A stretch of DNA of 64,000 bases from Deltaproteobacteria bacterium (lineage in GTDB: Bacteria > DRYD01), in contig JAPYWL010000003.1 in assembly GCA_028276365.1 (NCBI GenBank), positions 4,272-68,271 on the forward strand, given 5' to 3'. Positions 29,684 to 40,200 of this stretch are shown here, piece by piece. The notes under the pieces are model-generated. The model saw nothing but the letters and a program-made list of their open reading frames with translations. It was not told the origin of the DNA and searched no databases. Position 1 is the stretch's first letter, and each line of letters opens with the position of its first letter. The position numbers were made by a program, and so were the translations under genes.

Positions 29684-31477
29684 CTAAACTAAAATGGAAT
29701 TATCGTTATTTTGGTCTTTACTAATAATCTTAGCATAATCTTGCATATCTTTAACTTTTTGCTCATTTATCTTTTCTATATAAGAATAAATTAAATTCAT
29801 TTTATTATTAAAAACAAAAATGCCCCCACCATAAATAGGGTAATCCTTAGATTTTACTTTAATAGATTTCGGATATCTATAAGTTAGTTCAATATTTATA
29901 CCTTCATTAAACCCTGGAACAATAAAAACAGAAATATCATCTATACTAAGATAATCAAAATCTAAAGAATAATCCTTTAATATTTTTAATATAACTTCTT
30001 TTAATTCCTTTTCAAATTCTTTGTCATCATTATTTTTTTTATTTAAAATAGAATACAAATTGGTAACTTTGGAATTTTTTGAATTATTTATTTCGTTTAA
30101 AATATCATTAATATTTAGATTTTCAAATATTTTATTTTCATTAGCAGATTTTAGTAAATAAGAAGTTAATTCAGAATTATTAAATAAAATATCAGCAATT
30201 ATAATCGATTTCATAAACTCAGGAATAGTAGTAGTAGCTGGATTAGAAATTTTAGTACCTTTTATAAATATATTATAAAACCTATCTGCTACCTCATTTA
30301 AACTATACTTATCCTTATTATCACTATAAAATTTTATAAATGCTTTATAAAAAGCATTTGATAAAGATTTTGATTGTAAATGAACTTCTTTTTCTTCTTT
30401 TTTTAAGTCAGAATATTTTTTATATTCAAAAGATTCAGATATATCCCTAATTGGTTTTTCATCTTTGATTTTTGATAATTCATCTGGTAACATATAAGGA
30501 TTATTATTTAATAGTTCTTTTGTTTGTTTTATATTGGTATAAATAGTTTTTCCAAAATACTCAGCTATTTGAGAAAGTATATTAGTTTTAGTTAAATCTA
30601 TTTTATTATCTTGGATATACTTTTGGATATTAGGATCAGAGGCAGCACTTAAAAAAGCATTAATATCTCCAAAAGCCTCATGAACAGCTCCTGATTCAAA
30701 GTGAAATTGATTATCAATATATCCTGGTCTTAAGTTATCTAACAATTTATGACCCAACTCATGAATTAGTACATCAGTATCGTTAGACGCATTAATTACT
30801 TCCTGAGTACTTAGATTAAAAACACTACCAAGAACTAATTTATTTGAAATAGGATCATAGTAAGCATTCTTTAAAAAATCCTTATTAGATTGTCCATAAA
30901 GATCTACTTTAAATGGTTTAATAAAATTCTCTTGAGCATAATTCTTTACTCTATTTATATCCTTTTCTATATTATAAACAGTAGATAAAACATCATACAT
31001 TATTGTTTTTGGCTTAAAAACTAATTTATTATCTATTTTATTTAAATCTCCCAGTTCTTGTTTAATCTTATCATACTGGGTTAAAACCATAGAAATATTA
31101 TCAGTTTTTATTATAAAAGCTTTCTGGGGTATACCTTTCATTATTTGTTTTACTATATTATTAATTTTATCTTGAGGTATATAATTTTTTTTCTCTTTAA
31201 TATCAATATTTTCTAAATTTATTACTTGCTTTTTAGTTTGGAATAAATTACTTTTAATTTTATCAAAAATTTTCTTTAAATCATTTTCAATATTTTTTTT
31301 AATTTCATCATTTAAAATAAATTCGCCAATAGTTAATTTAGTGGGCAAGACATCCTGATAATAATTATCAATATTTTGAGGATGATAATTTATAAGCACA
31401 TTATTTAACTCTTTTTTATTTTGACTATATTTTAACATTAAATAATTTAAATTAACTAATTTAGATAAATCAAACAT
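29684..31477 (-). CDS. Thermolysin-like (M4-type) zinc metallopeptidase domain protein
   Basis: HELGH followed by ESGAVHEAFGD, matching the M4 HExxH...ESGAxNEAxSD signature. No obvious signal peptide. 597 aa. Confidence 0.6.
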   Translation of the reverse strand: MFDLSKLVNLNYLMLKYSQNKKELNNVLINYHPQNIDNYYQDVLPTKLTIGEFILNDEIKKNIENDLKKIFDKIKSNLFQTKKQVINLENIDIKEKKNYIPQDKINNIVKQIMKGIPQKAFIIKTDNISMVLTQYDKIKQELGDLNKIDNKLVFKPKTIMYDVLSTVYNIEKDINRVKNYAQENFIKPFKVDLYGQSNKDFLKNAYYDPISNKLVLGSVFNLSTQEVINASNDTDVLIHELGHKLLDNLRPGYIDNQFHFESGAVHEAFGDINAFLSAASDPNIQKYIQDNKIDLTKTNILSQIAEYFGKTIYTNIKQTKELLNNNPYMLPDELSKIKDEKPIRDISESFEYKKYSDLKKEEKEVHLQSKSLSNAFYKAFIKFYSDNKDKYSLNEVADRFYNIFIKGTKISNPATTTIPEFMKSIIIADILFNNSELTSYLLKSANENKIFENLNINDILNEINNSKNSKVTNLYSILNKKNNDDKEFEKELKEVILKILKDYSLDFDYLSIDDISVFIVPGFNEGINIELTYRYPKSIKVKSKDYPIYGGGIFVFNNKMNLIYSYIEKINEQKVKDMQDYAKIISKDQNNDNSILV

Positions 31478-31549
31478 ATAAAGCCCCCTTTCTTTATATT
31501 TAATTATATTTTTTTATAAAAATCCTAATTATTTTTTCTATTCTCTTTA

Positions 31550-32416
31550 TTAATTATTTTTATTATCTAATTGAAACTCAATACTAACAGGTCTATGATC
31601 AGAAGCTATAGCAGTATCAGGTAGCTCCTGTTTTTCAAGAACATCAAAACTTCCCTGAACAACATATTTTTTTAAATTATCAGTTATTGTTATATAATCT
31701 ATTATAGACGGTTTTCCTTTTAATTCTTTATAATCATTAGGCATATCAAAGTCTTTATTATCTTTTTCTGGTAAATGATAAACAGTATAATGAGTAGGGG
31801 TATTAGTATCTTTTGAGAGTAAATCAATTTTTCTAACATCAGTAAATCCATTATTTTGGATTAAAGTTAAAGTTTTAGAAGGAGGTAAATCATTAAAATC
31901 ACCTGCTAATATAGTAGGTAAATTATCTTTTTTAGCTAACTCAATAGATCTTTTAGCTTCTTTTAATCTTTGTTCAACAGAATGAGGATCCATTTTAGCT
32001 TTAAAATGAACTCCCATTATTTTAACATTAAATCCTGAAGCTAATTCTACTATAGCTTCAACAGGGGGTCTATAAAATGTAGTCTCATTTTCATTGATAG
32101 TATATTTCTTTATAGGGAATTTTTTATCAATTAATAAAGCAACAGCAATTCCACGCCCATCACTTTTACCTACTATTATATTATACCTATCCTTTAAACC
32201 CGCTAAGTTTAAAACTTGTTCAACTATTTCTCTATTTTCTACTTCTTCTAAAACTAAAATATCAGAATCTAAAGTTTTTAATACATTAGCTAAAGCTTTT
32301 AATTCATTATCAGGTTTAGGAGGCCCATCATCTTTATTAGGATCATCAACTTTATCAAATAAATTTTCTACATTATATGTAGTTATTTTTATTTTATTTA
32401 CTCCATTTTCTATCAC
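31550..32416 (-). CDS. Endonuclease/exonuclease/phosphatase (EEP) family protein
   Basis: TYNVENLF N-terminal motif, LVLEEVEN, GDFND, and the C-terminal SDHRPV. GTG start preceded by TGAGGTGA. Confidence 0.75.
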   Translation of the reverse strand: MIENGVNKIKITTYNVENLFDKVDDPNKDDGPPKPDNELKALANVLKTLDSDILVLEEVENREIVEQVLNLAGLKDRYNIIVGKSDGRGIAVALLIDKKFPIKKYTINENETTFYRPPVEAIVELASGFNVKIMGVHFKAKMDPHSVEQRLKEAKRSIELAKKDNLPTILAGDFNDLPPSKTLTLIQNNGFTDVRKIDLLSKDTNTPTHYTVYHLPEKDNKDFDMPNDYKELKGKPSIIDYITITDNLKKYVVQGSFDVLEKQELPDTAIASDHRPVSIEFQLDNKNN

Positions 32417-32435
32417 AATTTCACCTCATTTCTAC

Positions 32436-32463
32436 TTTTCTAAATACATTTTTCTAAATACAT
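32436..32463. repeat. Perfect 14-bp tandem duplication in a divergent intergenic region
   Basis: ttttctaaatacat x2 (32436-32449 and 32450-32463), located 20 nt upstream of the EEP gene start on the minus strand. Confidence 0.85.
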
Positions 32464-32575
32464 TTTAAAATTACAATGAAAATTAAATTCATATTAAAAA
32501 AAATGTAAAAAATAAGTTAAAAAATTAATAGGAATATAAAAAGGGTTTCAAAACTCTATTTAAAATAATATTAAC

Positions 32576-34357
32576 ATGGAAAAAGAATTAGAAAATGAAA
32601 TCAATTTGCCAATTTGGTCCTTAAATGATATCTACCAATCTTTTAATGAATTTAACAAAGAACTACAAACTTTAGAAAATAAAATTGAAAAAATAAAAAA
32701 TGAAATAAATAACCAAGATTTAGTTAATAATTTCATAGCTAAATTTCTAAAGATTCTAAATTTATATACTGATATATTTGAAACAAACAGAAAATTAAAC
32801 GCTTATTTATATTGTATTTTAAGTTGTGATTCTACAAACGAAGAAGCTAATAAATATCAAGGGAAATTACTAACAATCAATTCTATTTTAAAAACAATTC
32901 AAACCCAATTGGAAAGTATAATTTTTCAAAATAAAGATTTAATTATATCAAACTTAAATGAAAATAAAGATTTAAAAGAATATGAATATTTTATAAAGAA
33001 ATCTTTAGAAAATTTTGAACATAAAATGACATTAAATGAAGAAGAGCTATATAACTTAATTAGTATATCCTCAAACTCAGAATGGAAATCATTATATGAT
33101 CTAATTATAAGCAATATAAAAATAACTCTAAAAGATCAAGTTTTATCAATAAGCCAACTAAGGAATTTATATCACAACAAAAATAGATCTCTTAGAGAAA
33201 TTGTTTATAAAACAGAACTAGAAGAATTAGAAAAATATCATCATATTTTTGCTAAAATACTGAACTCAATAAAATGGGATTCAATAATAATTTCTAAAAA
33301 AAGAAAATTTAACTCATTATTAGAAGCTACTTTATTTTATAATAGATTAGATTTAGAAACTTTTAATGTAATTTTAAATACTACATTTGAAAACCTAAAT
33401 ATAATAAGAAAATACTTTAAAATAAAGGCTAAATTGTTAAATTTAGAAAAATTAGAGTGGTATGATATATTTGCCCCAATTAACAATGAAGATAACCTAA
33501 ACAACGAATATAAAGAATTAACGTATAATCAAGCAAAAAGTTTAATAATAAATGCTTTTCAAAATTTTAGTGATAATTTAAGTAATTTAGCTAAGCAAGC
33601 ATTTGATAATAATTGGATAGATGCTAAACCAAGATTAGGTAAAAGTGACGGTGGATTTTGTATTTACGTCATACCCTTTAAATCCAGAATTTTAGTTAAT
33701 TATGATAATTCTATTAAGTCAGTTTTTACATTAGCTCACGAATTGGGTCATGCCTTTCATAATTATCTTTTATCTAATAATTTACCAATATACAGGAATT
33801 CTCCATTGATTTTAGCAGAAACAGCCTCATTATTAGCTGAAAATATCTTAAGAAATTATATAAATAACATATCAACCTCTAAAGAACTTAAAATTACAAT
33901 ATTAGATGGCTTCCTATTAACCGTTAGCCAAGTAGTAATAGATATACTTTCTAGATTCTTATTTGAAAAAAAATTAGTAGAAATTAGAAAAGAAAGAAGC
34001 TTAAGTGCTAATGATCTTATAAACCTAATGCTCGATTCACAACAAGAAGTATATTTAGATTCTATCAATTCTTTTCATAAGTATATGTGGATATTAAAAC
34101 CTCATTATTATCACTCTAATTTTTATAACTATCCTTACTTAATTGGATTACTAATAAGTTTAAGCTTATACCAATTATATTTAGAAAAACAAATAAATAT
34201 AAAAGATTATGAAGAAATATTAACTAATACAGGAAAAGAAAATCCTTACAATCTGTTAATTAAATATAATATAAATATAAAGCAAAAAAATTTTTGGGAA
34301 AAAGCATTTGAATTTATAAATAAGGAAATATTGGAATTTGAAAAATTAGCTAATTAA
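32576..34357 (+). CDS. pepF: Oligoendopeptidase F family (M3B) metallopeptidase
   Basis: HELGHAFH zinc motif, 593 aa, all-helical architecture. Confidence 0.8.
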   Translation: MEKELENEINLPIWSLNDIYQSFNEFNKELQTLENKIEKIKNEINNQDLVNNFIAKFLKILNLYTDIFETNRKLNAYLYCILSCDSTNEEANKYQGKLLTINSILKTIQTQLESIIFQNKDLIISNLNENKDLKEYEYFIKKSLENFEHKMTLNEEELYNLISISSNSEWKSLYDLIISNIKITLKDQVLSISQLRNLYHNKNRSLREIVYKTELEELEKYHHIFAKILNSIKWDSIIISKKRKFNSLLEATLFYNRLDLETFNVILNTTFENLNIIRKYFKIKAKLLNLEKLEWYDIFAPINNEDNLNNEYKELTYNQAKSLIINAFQNFSDNLSNLAKQAFDNNWIDAKPRLGKSDGGFCIYVIPFKSRILVNYDNSIKSVFTLAHELGHAFHNYLLSNNLPIYRNSPLILAETASLLAENILRNYINNISTSKELKITILDGFLLTVSQVVIDILSRFLFEKKLVEIRKERSLSANDLINLMLDSQQEVYLDSINSFHKYMWILKPHYYHSNFYNYPYLIGLLISLSLYQLYLEKQINIKDYEEILTNTGKENPYNLLIKYNINIKQKNFWEKAFEFINKEILEFEKLAN

Positions 34358-34369
34358 AAAACCAAAATT

Positions 34370-35740
34370 ATGAAAAATAAAATCAATCTTTTTGATGCTA
34401 TAAATATAGTAGTAGGCTCAATGATAGGATCAGGTATATTCTTAGTTCCATCAATTATAGCTAATTATTTACCTAATGGTTGGTATATGATAGCTTTATG
34501 GATAATAGCAGGTTTAATAACAATAGCAGGGGCATTAACATATGCAGAAATAGCTAACAAAATTCCCGCACAAGGGGGACAATATGTATACTTAAAAGAG
34601 CTTTATAATAGCTTTATTGGATTTTTATTTGCATGGACTTTATTTTTTGTTATCCAAAGTGGAACAATAGCAGCAGTTGCTATAGCTTTCTCTAAATATT
34701 TAGGTACTTTCTTTAATTTTATATCAGAAAACAACTACATAATAAACTACGGTTTTTTTAAACTAAATACTGCTCAAATCATAGCTATTATCTCAATTTG
34801 GATATTAACTTATATAAACATAAAAGGAATAAAATTAGGAGCACTGTTTCAAAATATATTTACTGTTTCTAAGGTTCTTGCTATAGTTATTTTGATAATA
34901 TTAGCTTTTAGCTATAAAGAAGGTAGTTTTAATAATTTAAATTCAATAAATATAGATAAAATCAATATAGACATAATGTTACTATTACCAGCAATAGCTT
35001 TAAGTTTTTCAAAGATTTTCTTTGCATATGATGCTTGGTATAGTGTAACTTACGTTTCTCAAGAAGTAGAAAAACCTCAAATAAATATCCCATTAAGTAT
35101 GGTAATAGGTACATTAATAGTAACATTTATATATGTTTTAACCAATTTAGCATATATATATGTTATACCAATTAACGAAATGGGAAAAATACCAGATAAT
35201 AGAATAGCACAAGAAGTAGCATCAAGAGTTCTACCTGATATTGGCCCAGTTTTAATAGCTATAGGAATTATAATATCAACATTAGGATGTAATAATGGAT
35301 TAATACTCTCAGGTCCAAGAGTTATTGCAGTATTAGCTCAAGATAAATTATTTAATCCTTATTTAGCAAAAGTACATTATACTTACCAAACCCCCTACAT
35401 AGCTCTTATTTTTCAAGCCATATGGACAACTATATTAATAGTCTTAGGTACATATAGCCAGTTACTAACGTATGTAACCTTTGCTTCCATATCATTTAAC
35501 GTATTAACAGTAATTGGAATATTTATATTAAGAAAAAAATATAAATACGAAAATCAGAATTATAAAACTTTTTTATATCCAATAACACCCATAGTCTATA
35601 TAATTTTTGGTATCTTATTTATAGCTTATCTAATTAAAGGGGATTTAATATCAACATTAGCGGGATTATTTATAATACTTAGTGGAACCCCAATATACTT
35701 ATATTACAAAAATAAAAATATAAAAAATTCAAAAAAATAA
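34370..35740 (+). CDS. APC-superfamily amino acid permease
   Basis: 12-TM pattern, N-terminal VVGSMIGSGIFLVPS motif, 456 aa. Confidence 0.8.
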   Translation: MKNKINLFDAINIVVGSMIGSGIFLVPSIIANYLPNGWYMIALWIIAGLITIAGALTYAEIANKIPAQGGQYVYLKELYNSFIGFLFAWTLFFVIQSGTIAAVAIAFSKYLGTFFNFISENNYIINYGFFKLNTAQIIAIISIWILTYINIKGIKLGALFQNIFTVSKVLAIVILIILAFSYKEGSFNNLNSINIDKINIDIMLLLPAIALSFSKIFFAYDAWYSVTYVSQEVEKPQINIPLSMVIGTLIVTFIYVLTNLAYIYVIPINEMGKIPDNRIAQEVASRVLPDIGPVLIAIGIIISTLGCNNGLILSGPRVIAVLAQDKLFNPYLAKVHYTYQTPYIALIFQAIWTTILIVLGTYSQLLTYVTFASISFNVLTVIGIFILRKKYKYENQNYKTFLYPITPIVYIIFGILFIAYLIKGDLISTLAGLFIILSGTPIYLYYKNKNIKNSKK

Positions 35741-35765
35741 AGTAAAGTTATCTATTATTAAAAAA

Positions 35766-37016
35766 TTAATCTTCTACTTCTTGATTACTTATAGATAATA
35801 GTACCTTGGATATTTTTGATTTTTTAATTTCTAAAATTTTTATCTGTATATTTTTATAATTTATTATTTCATCTTGTTTTGGTATTCTACCTAATTTGCT
35901 ATAAATAAATCCACTTAAAGTAGTATAATCATAATTTTCAGATTCTAAATTAATTCCAATAATTTCTTGTAAAGTATAGATATCTATTTTAGGATTTACA
36001 ACAAACTCAGTATCACTAATTTTTTTTATTTCAATATCTTCTTCCTCTTTGTCATGTTCATCTTTAATAGGCCCGAATATTTCCTTAAAAATGTCTTCAA
36101 TAGTAACTAAACCACTAGTTCCCCCATATTCATCTACAACAATAGCAACCGAAGCTCTATTTATTTGCATTATCCTTAATAACTCATTTATAGGCTTATT
36201 TTCAGGTACTAACATAGGTAATTTAACAATATCTCTTAATCTCAAGTGCTCCTGGTTATAGGCTAAATATCTTAAAATATCTTTTATAAATACAATACCT
36301 ATAATATTATCAATAGTATCTTCATAAACTGGATACTTAGAATACCCTTTTCTTATTACTGTAGAAATAACTTCAGAGATGGTTTTATTAGCTTCTAAAG
36401 CAGTTAACTCTACACGTGGCACCATTATCTCTTTTACTAAAGTTTCATTTAAACTTATTATTTTTTCTATAATTTCTTTCTGATCATCACTTAAATTTGG
36501 ATTATTAATACTAACTACCAAATCACTGTAATATTTATTAGATATATTAACTGTATCATCAGAAAATAATCTAATAAACGGATTCATCAAATCATTAATA
36601 AAACCTCCAAGATAACTAAAAAGATGATTAAACTTAAATGCTAATTCACTAAACTTCAAAAATTTTAAATAATTTACAAAAATATAGTTTCTTAAAATGA
36701 ATTCAATAAAAAAAATAAGTAAAAATAAAACTAAAAGAAATACAATAAAAATAAGTTCTCCTTTAAAATAAAAAAAACTAAAAACTAAAAAAAATAAAGT
36801 AAATAAAAAAGTAAAAAATTTATTTCCTAAAACATATCTTTCACGATTATTAAGATATTCATCTTTTATCTTAAATAAATGCTGATAGTCTTTTACAATA
36901 TAATTAATAGAAAAAAGCATAAGAAAATAAGAAATCCTTAAAAGGAGAATGAATATTATAAATAATAAAAAAATGAAAATTTTAATAAGTAAGCTCGCGT
37001 TCTCTATTTCTCCCAT
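35766..37016 (-). CDS. Membrane protein with CBS pair and CorC/HlyC C-terminal domain (CNNM/TlyC-like, divergent N-terminus)
   Basis: VKEIMVPRVE...VVDEYGGTSGLVTIEDI plus a CorC_HlyC-like tail. The hydrophobic N-terminus is atypical of DUF21. Confidence 0.65.
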   Translation of the reverse strand: MGEIENASLLIKIFIFLLFIIFILLLRISYFLMLFSINYIVKDYQHLFKIKDEYLNNRERYVLGNKFFTFLFTLFFLVFSFFYFKGELIFIVFLLVLFLLIFFIEFILRNYIFVNYLKFLKFSELAFKFNHLFSYLGGFINDLMNPFIRLFSDDTVNISNKYYSDLVVSINNPNLSDDQKEIIEKIISLNETLVKEIMVPRVELTALEANKTISEVISTVIRKGYSKYPVYEDTIDNIIGIVFIKDILRYLAYNQEHLRLRDIVKLPMLVPENKPINELLRIMQINRASVAIVVDEYGGTSGLVTIEDIFKEIFGPIKDEHDKEEEDIEIKKISDTEFVVNPKIDIYTLQEIIGINLESENYDYTTLSGFIYSKLGRIPKQDEIINYKNIQIKILEIKKSKISKVLLSISNQEVED

Positions 37017-37064
37017 ATTTGCTATAACAGATACTGTATTCTTTTTTTTAATTTTAAACTTTAA

Positions 37065-38369
37065 CTATTTATATATTTTGATATATTTAATAGAATTTCC
37101 TTTTACGTCTAATAATCTAATTTTTAAATTTCCAATTTTTAATATTTCATTATTTTTAGGTTTTTTGCCTGCTAACAGATCATAAACTAAATTAGTAACT
37201 AATATATTACTTTTATAAATATTATTTTGTATTAAAATATCTTTTATTTCTTGGGGCAATTCATCTACATTTAAATTAGTATTAATAATATATCCATCAT
37301 AAGTTTTAAAGAAATCCAGTTTTTGTAAATCAAACTCATCCAAGATAGTCCCAATAACTATACTTAAAATATCATCAAAAGTAATAATCCCCTTAGTTCC
37401 CCCAAATTCATCTACAACAATAGCCATTAAATTCTGAGTTTTTTGCATTTCCTGTAAAACATTAAATAAATTCCCATTCTCAGGAACATATAAAACTTTT
37501 CTATTAACTAATTCTACTAAATCTTTTAAATAAAAAACTTTCTTTTTTATAGCTACAAAGAAATCTTTAATATGAAATATCCCAACAATATTATCAATAT
37601 CATCCTTATAAACAGGATACCTACTATGTAAATTATTTACTATTACATCTATAACATTTTCTATTCTCATTTCCTGATTTAAAGCTACTATGTTTGTTCT
37701 ATGAATCATAACATCCTTAACTTTTTTTTCATTTAATTTCAAAACCCCATTAATAATATCACTTAACTTTTCATTAATTACTCCTTTATTTGATAATTCA
37801 AATAATATTTCTTTTATCTCATCAATAGAATATTTTAAATTATGCCCTTCAGAAATATCTAAGCCCAAATAACTAGCTATTTTATTTTGAGTTACCTTAA
37901 CTAATAAAGTTAAAGGTAAAAACATATAATTAAAAAATTCTAAAAAAGGAGAAAAAATAATAATTATACGTTCTGGTTTATAAACTGCAAATAACTTAGG
38001 GACCTGCTCCCCCAATACCAAATGAAGGAAAGTAACAAATATAAAAGATAAAACTATACTAACTGAATGGATGTTAGAAAAATGAATACCAAAAATATTA
38101 AATATTTTTTCAATAATAAAAGAAAAAGTAGGTTCAGCTAACCACCCTAAAATTAAACTTGCTAATGTTATCCCAACCTGACACGTAGCTAAATAGTGAT
38201 CTAAATTCTTATATTGTTTATAAGGTAAATTAAATTTTATTTTTTTCAATTTCAATTCATTAGAAGCTACTAATGAGAATTCAGCTAATACAAAAAAAGC
38301 ATTAAAAGCTATTAATAAAAATAATAAAAATAATTTTTGATATAAACCTAAATTTTCCAAAACTTCCAT
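37065..38369 (-). CDS. CNNM-family (DUF21-CBS-CorC) putative Mg2+/Co2+ efflux protein
   Basis: DUF21 N-terminus (FFVLAEFSLVAS) and CBS pair (VVDEFGGTKGIITFDDI). Confidence 0.75.
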   Translation of the reverse strand: MEVLENLGLYQKLFLLFLLIAFNAFFVLAEFSLVASNELKLKKIKFNLPYKQYKNLDHYLATCQVGITLASLILGWLAEPTFSFIIEKIFNIFGIHFSNIHSVSIVLSFIFVTFLHLVLGEQVPKLFAVYKPERIIIIFSPFLEFFNYMFLPLTLLVKVTQNKIASYLGLDISEGHNLKYSIDEIKEILFELSNKGVINEKLSDIINGVLKLNEKKVKDVMIHRTNIVALNQEMRIENVIDVIVNNLHSRYPVYKDDIDNIVGIFHIKDFFVAIKKKVFYLKDLVELVNRKVLYVPENGNLFNVLQEMQKTQNLMAIVVDEFGGTKGIITFDDILSIVIGTILDEFDLQKLDFFKTYDGYIINTNLNVDELPQEIKDILIQNNIYKSNILVTNLVYDLLAGKKPKNNEILKIGNLKIRLLDVKGNSIKYIKIYK

Positions 38370-38396
38370 AAAAATTAAATTACCAAAATCAAAAAA

Positions 38397-39143
38397 TTAA
38401 ATTTTAAATAAATCCATTACTTTAAGTATAATCAAAGTAATAATTATTCCAAATAAGGTACCGTTAATTAACTCAGCTAAAGTATGGATTTTAGCTTCAT
38501 ATCTACTTTGAATAACCAATAAAGCTAAAGTTATTGTCATAAGAATCATATACGGTTGATTCCAACTATGAATTATTATAAAAGTAGCAGTAGAAGACGC
38601 TAAAGCAGCATGCACGCTTATTAACCCCCCTTGAACATTCACCTTCTTATTAATCAATCTCATATACAAAACCTTTATTAACATACTTAATAATAAAACC
38701 AATACAAATACAAAAATAAACATATACTCAGGTATATTCGATAATTTTTCTATTAAAATTGGAGTATTTTCTTTAAATTTTTTTGTCATTATAATATAAG
38801 CAATAATAACAGATAATACGGAAACTACTAAAACACTAGAAGAGGAAATATCCTTTATCACTTTTATTTGCTCATCATATTCTTCTGATATTTTATCACT
38901 TATAAGTTCTATTGAAGTATTTATAGCTTCTAATGAAAATACTAACCCTATACAAAATAGAATAACTATTAACTCTAAATAACTTAAATTCAAAAAAAAT
39001 ATTAATATTAAAACAGAGATAGCAACTATTAAATGAATTCTCATATTTCTCTCTTGATAAAAAATTTCCATTAGCCCATTAACAGCATTAGAAAAACTCT
39101 CTATTATACTTTTACTTTTCTTTTCTCTTTTAAACTTACTCAT
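38397..39143 (-). CDS. dgkA: Diacylglycerol/undecaprenol kinase (DgkA) fused to a PAP2-like membrane phosphatase domain
   Basis: N-terminal half has ERNMRIHL and SLEAINTSIELISD (DgkA motifs). C-terminal half has SVHAALASS and SRYEAKIHTLAELING, which resemble PAP2 motifs C2/C3. Confidence 0.6.
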   Translation of the reverse strand: MSKFKREKKSKSIIESFSNAVNGLMEIFYQERNMRIHLIVAISVLILIFFLNLSYLELIVILFCIGLVFSLEAINTSIELISDKISEEYDEQIKVIKDISSSSVLVVSVLSVIIAYIIMTKKFKENTPILIEKLSNIPEYMFIFVFVLVLLLSMLIKVLYMRLINKKVNVQGGLISVHAALASSTATFIIIHSWNQPYMILMTITLALLVIQSRYEAKIHTLAELINGTLFGIIITLIILKVMDLFKI

Positions 39144-39225
39144 AAATACTATACCAATTCTTTATAATAAAAAATAAATTTTCTTTAATTATTTGGTTTA
39201 ATTAGATAATATAAAATAATTAAAA

Positions 39226-40188
39226 TTAAACTTTATTTTTGTAAAAATTAGCTATAATCTGTTTAGCAATAATATAAGCATTATAAGCAGCACCCCTTAA
39301 TAGGTTATCACTAACACTCCAAAATCCTAACAAATTACTTTCTAATTTCCTTATTCTAGCTATATGAACTTCATTAGTGTTAGAAACATTATAAGGAACA
39401 GGTAAATTAGAATTATTTAGCCAAATCTTAAGAGCTTTTGTAATATCCCCAAATTCAATTAACTCATCAATTAATTTATTATAATTAAAATCTCTTTTAG
39501 TTTTAACATAAACCACTTGACTATGAGCTCTAATAACGGGAACCCTAACAGTAAAAGGGAAAACCTTAAAATTAGAGTTAAGTATCTTATTAGATTCAAG
39601 AATAATCTTTTTCTCTTCAGTACAAATAATATTTTCTAAGTTAGAATCATCAAAAGATCCTATAACAGGAAACAAATTATAAGCTATAGGATAAGGTAAA
39701 TTTTTAGCAGTAAAATCGTTATTTTTAATTTGATACTTAAATTCTTCTAAAGCTTTTTTACCTGCCCCAGAAACAGATTGATAAGTAGCAACATAAACCT
39801 CTTCTATACCATAGTTATCTAAAATAGGCTTTAGTGGAATAACAAGCTGTATAGTAGAACAATTAGGATTAGCTATTACCTTTTTATCAGGCTTTATTTT
39901 ATTTAAATATTGATTATCTAACTCGGGTACAACTAAATTAACATCAGGATCTAATCTAAAAAAAGAACTATTATCAATAACAAAGGTATCAGCATATATT
40001 TTAGGAGCTATATATGCACTAACTTCATTATCAACACATAAAAAAACTATATCCTGACTCCTTAATTTATCAAAATCAATATTATCATTAGAACCTATAG
40101 GGTAAATTTCCCAATCTTCATTATTTTGAATTAATTTAGCTAATTCACTACCAACTAACCCATTTATTCCTACTATAGATACTCTCAT
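39226..40188 (-). CDS. asd: Aspartate-semialdehyde dehydrogenase
   Basis: MRVSIVGINGLVGSEL, NPNCSTIQL (active-site Cys) and SVSGAGKKA. Confidence 0.9.
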   Translation of the reverse strand: MRVSIVGINGLVGSELAKLIQNNEDWEIYPIGSNDNIDFDKLRSQDIVFLCVDNEVSAYIAPKIYADTFVIDNSSFFRLDPDVNLVVPELDNQYLNKIKPDKKVIANPNCSTIQLVIPLKPILDNYGIEEVYVATYQSVSGAGKKALEEFKYQIKNNDFTAKNLPYPIAYNLFPVIGSFDDSNLENIICTEEKKIILESNKILNSNFKVFPFTVRVPVIRAHSQVVYVKTKRDFNYNKLIDELIEFGDITKALKIWLNNSNLPVPYNVSNTNEVHIARIRKLESNLLGFWSVSDNLLRGAAYNAYIIAKQIIANFYKNKV

Positions 40189-40200
40189 AAAAAATAATAA

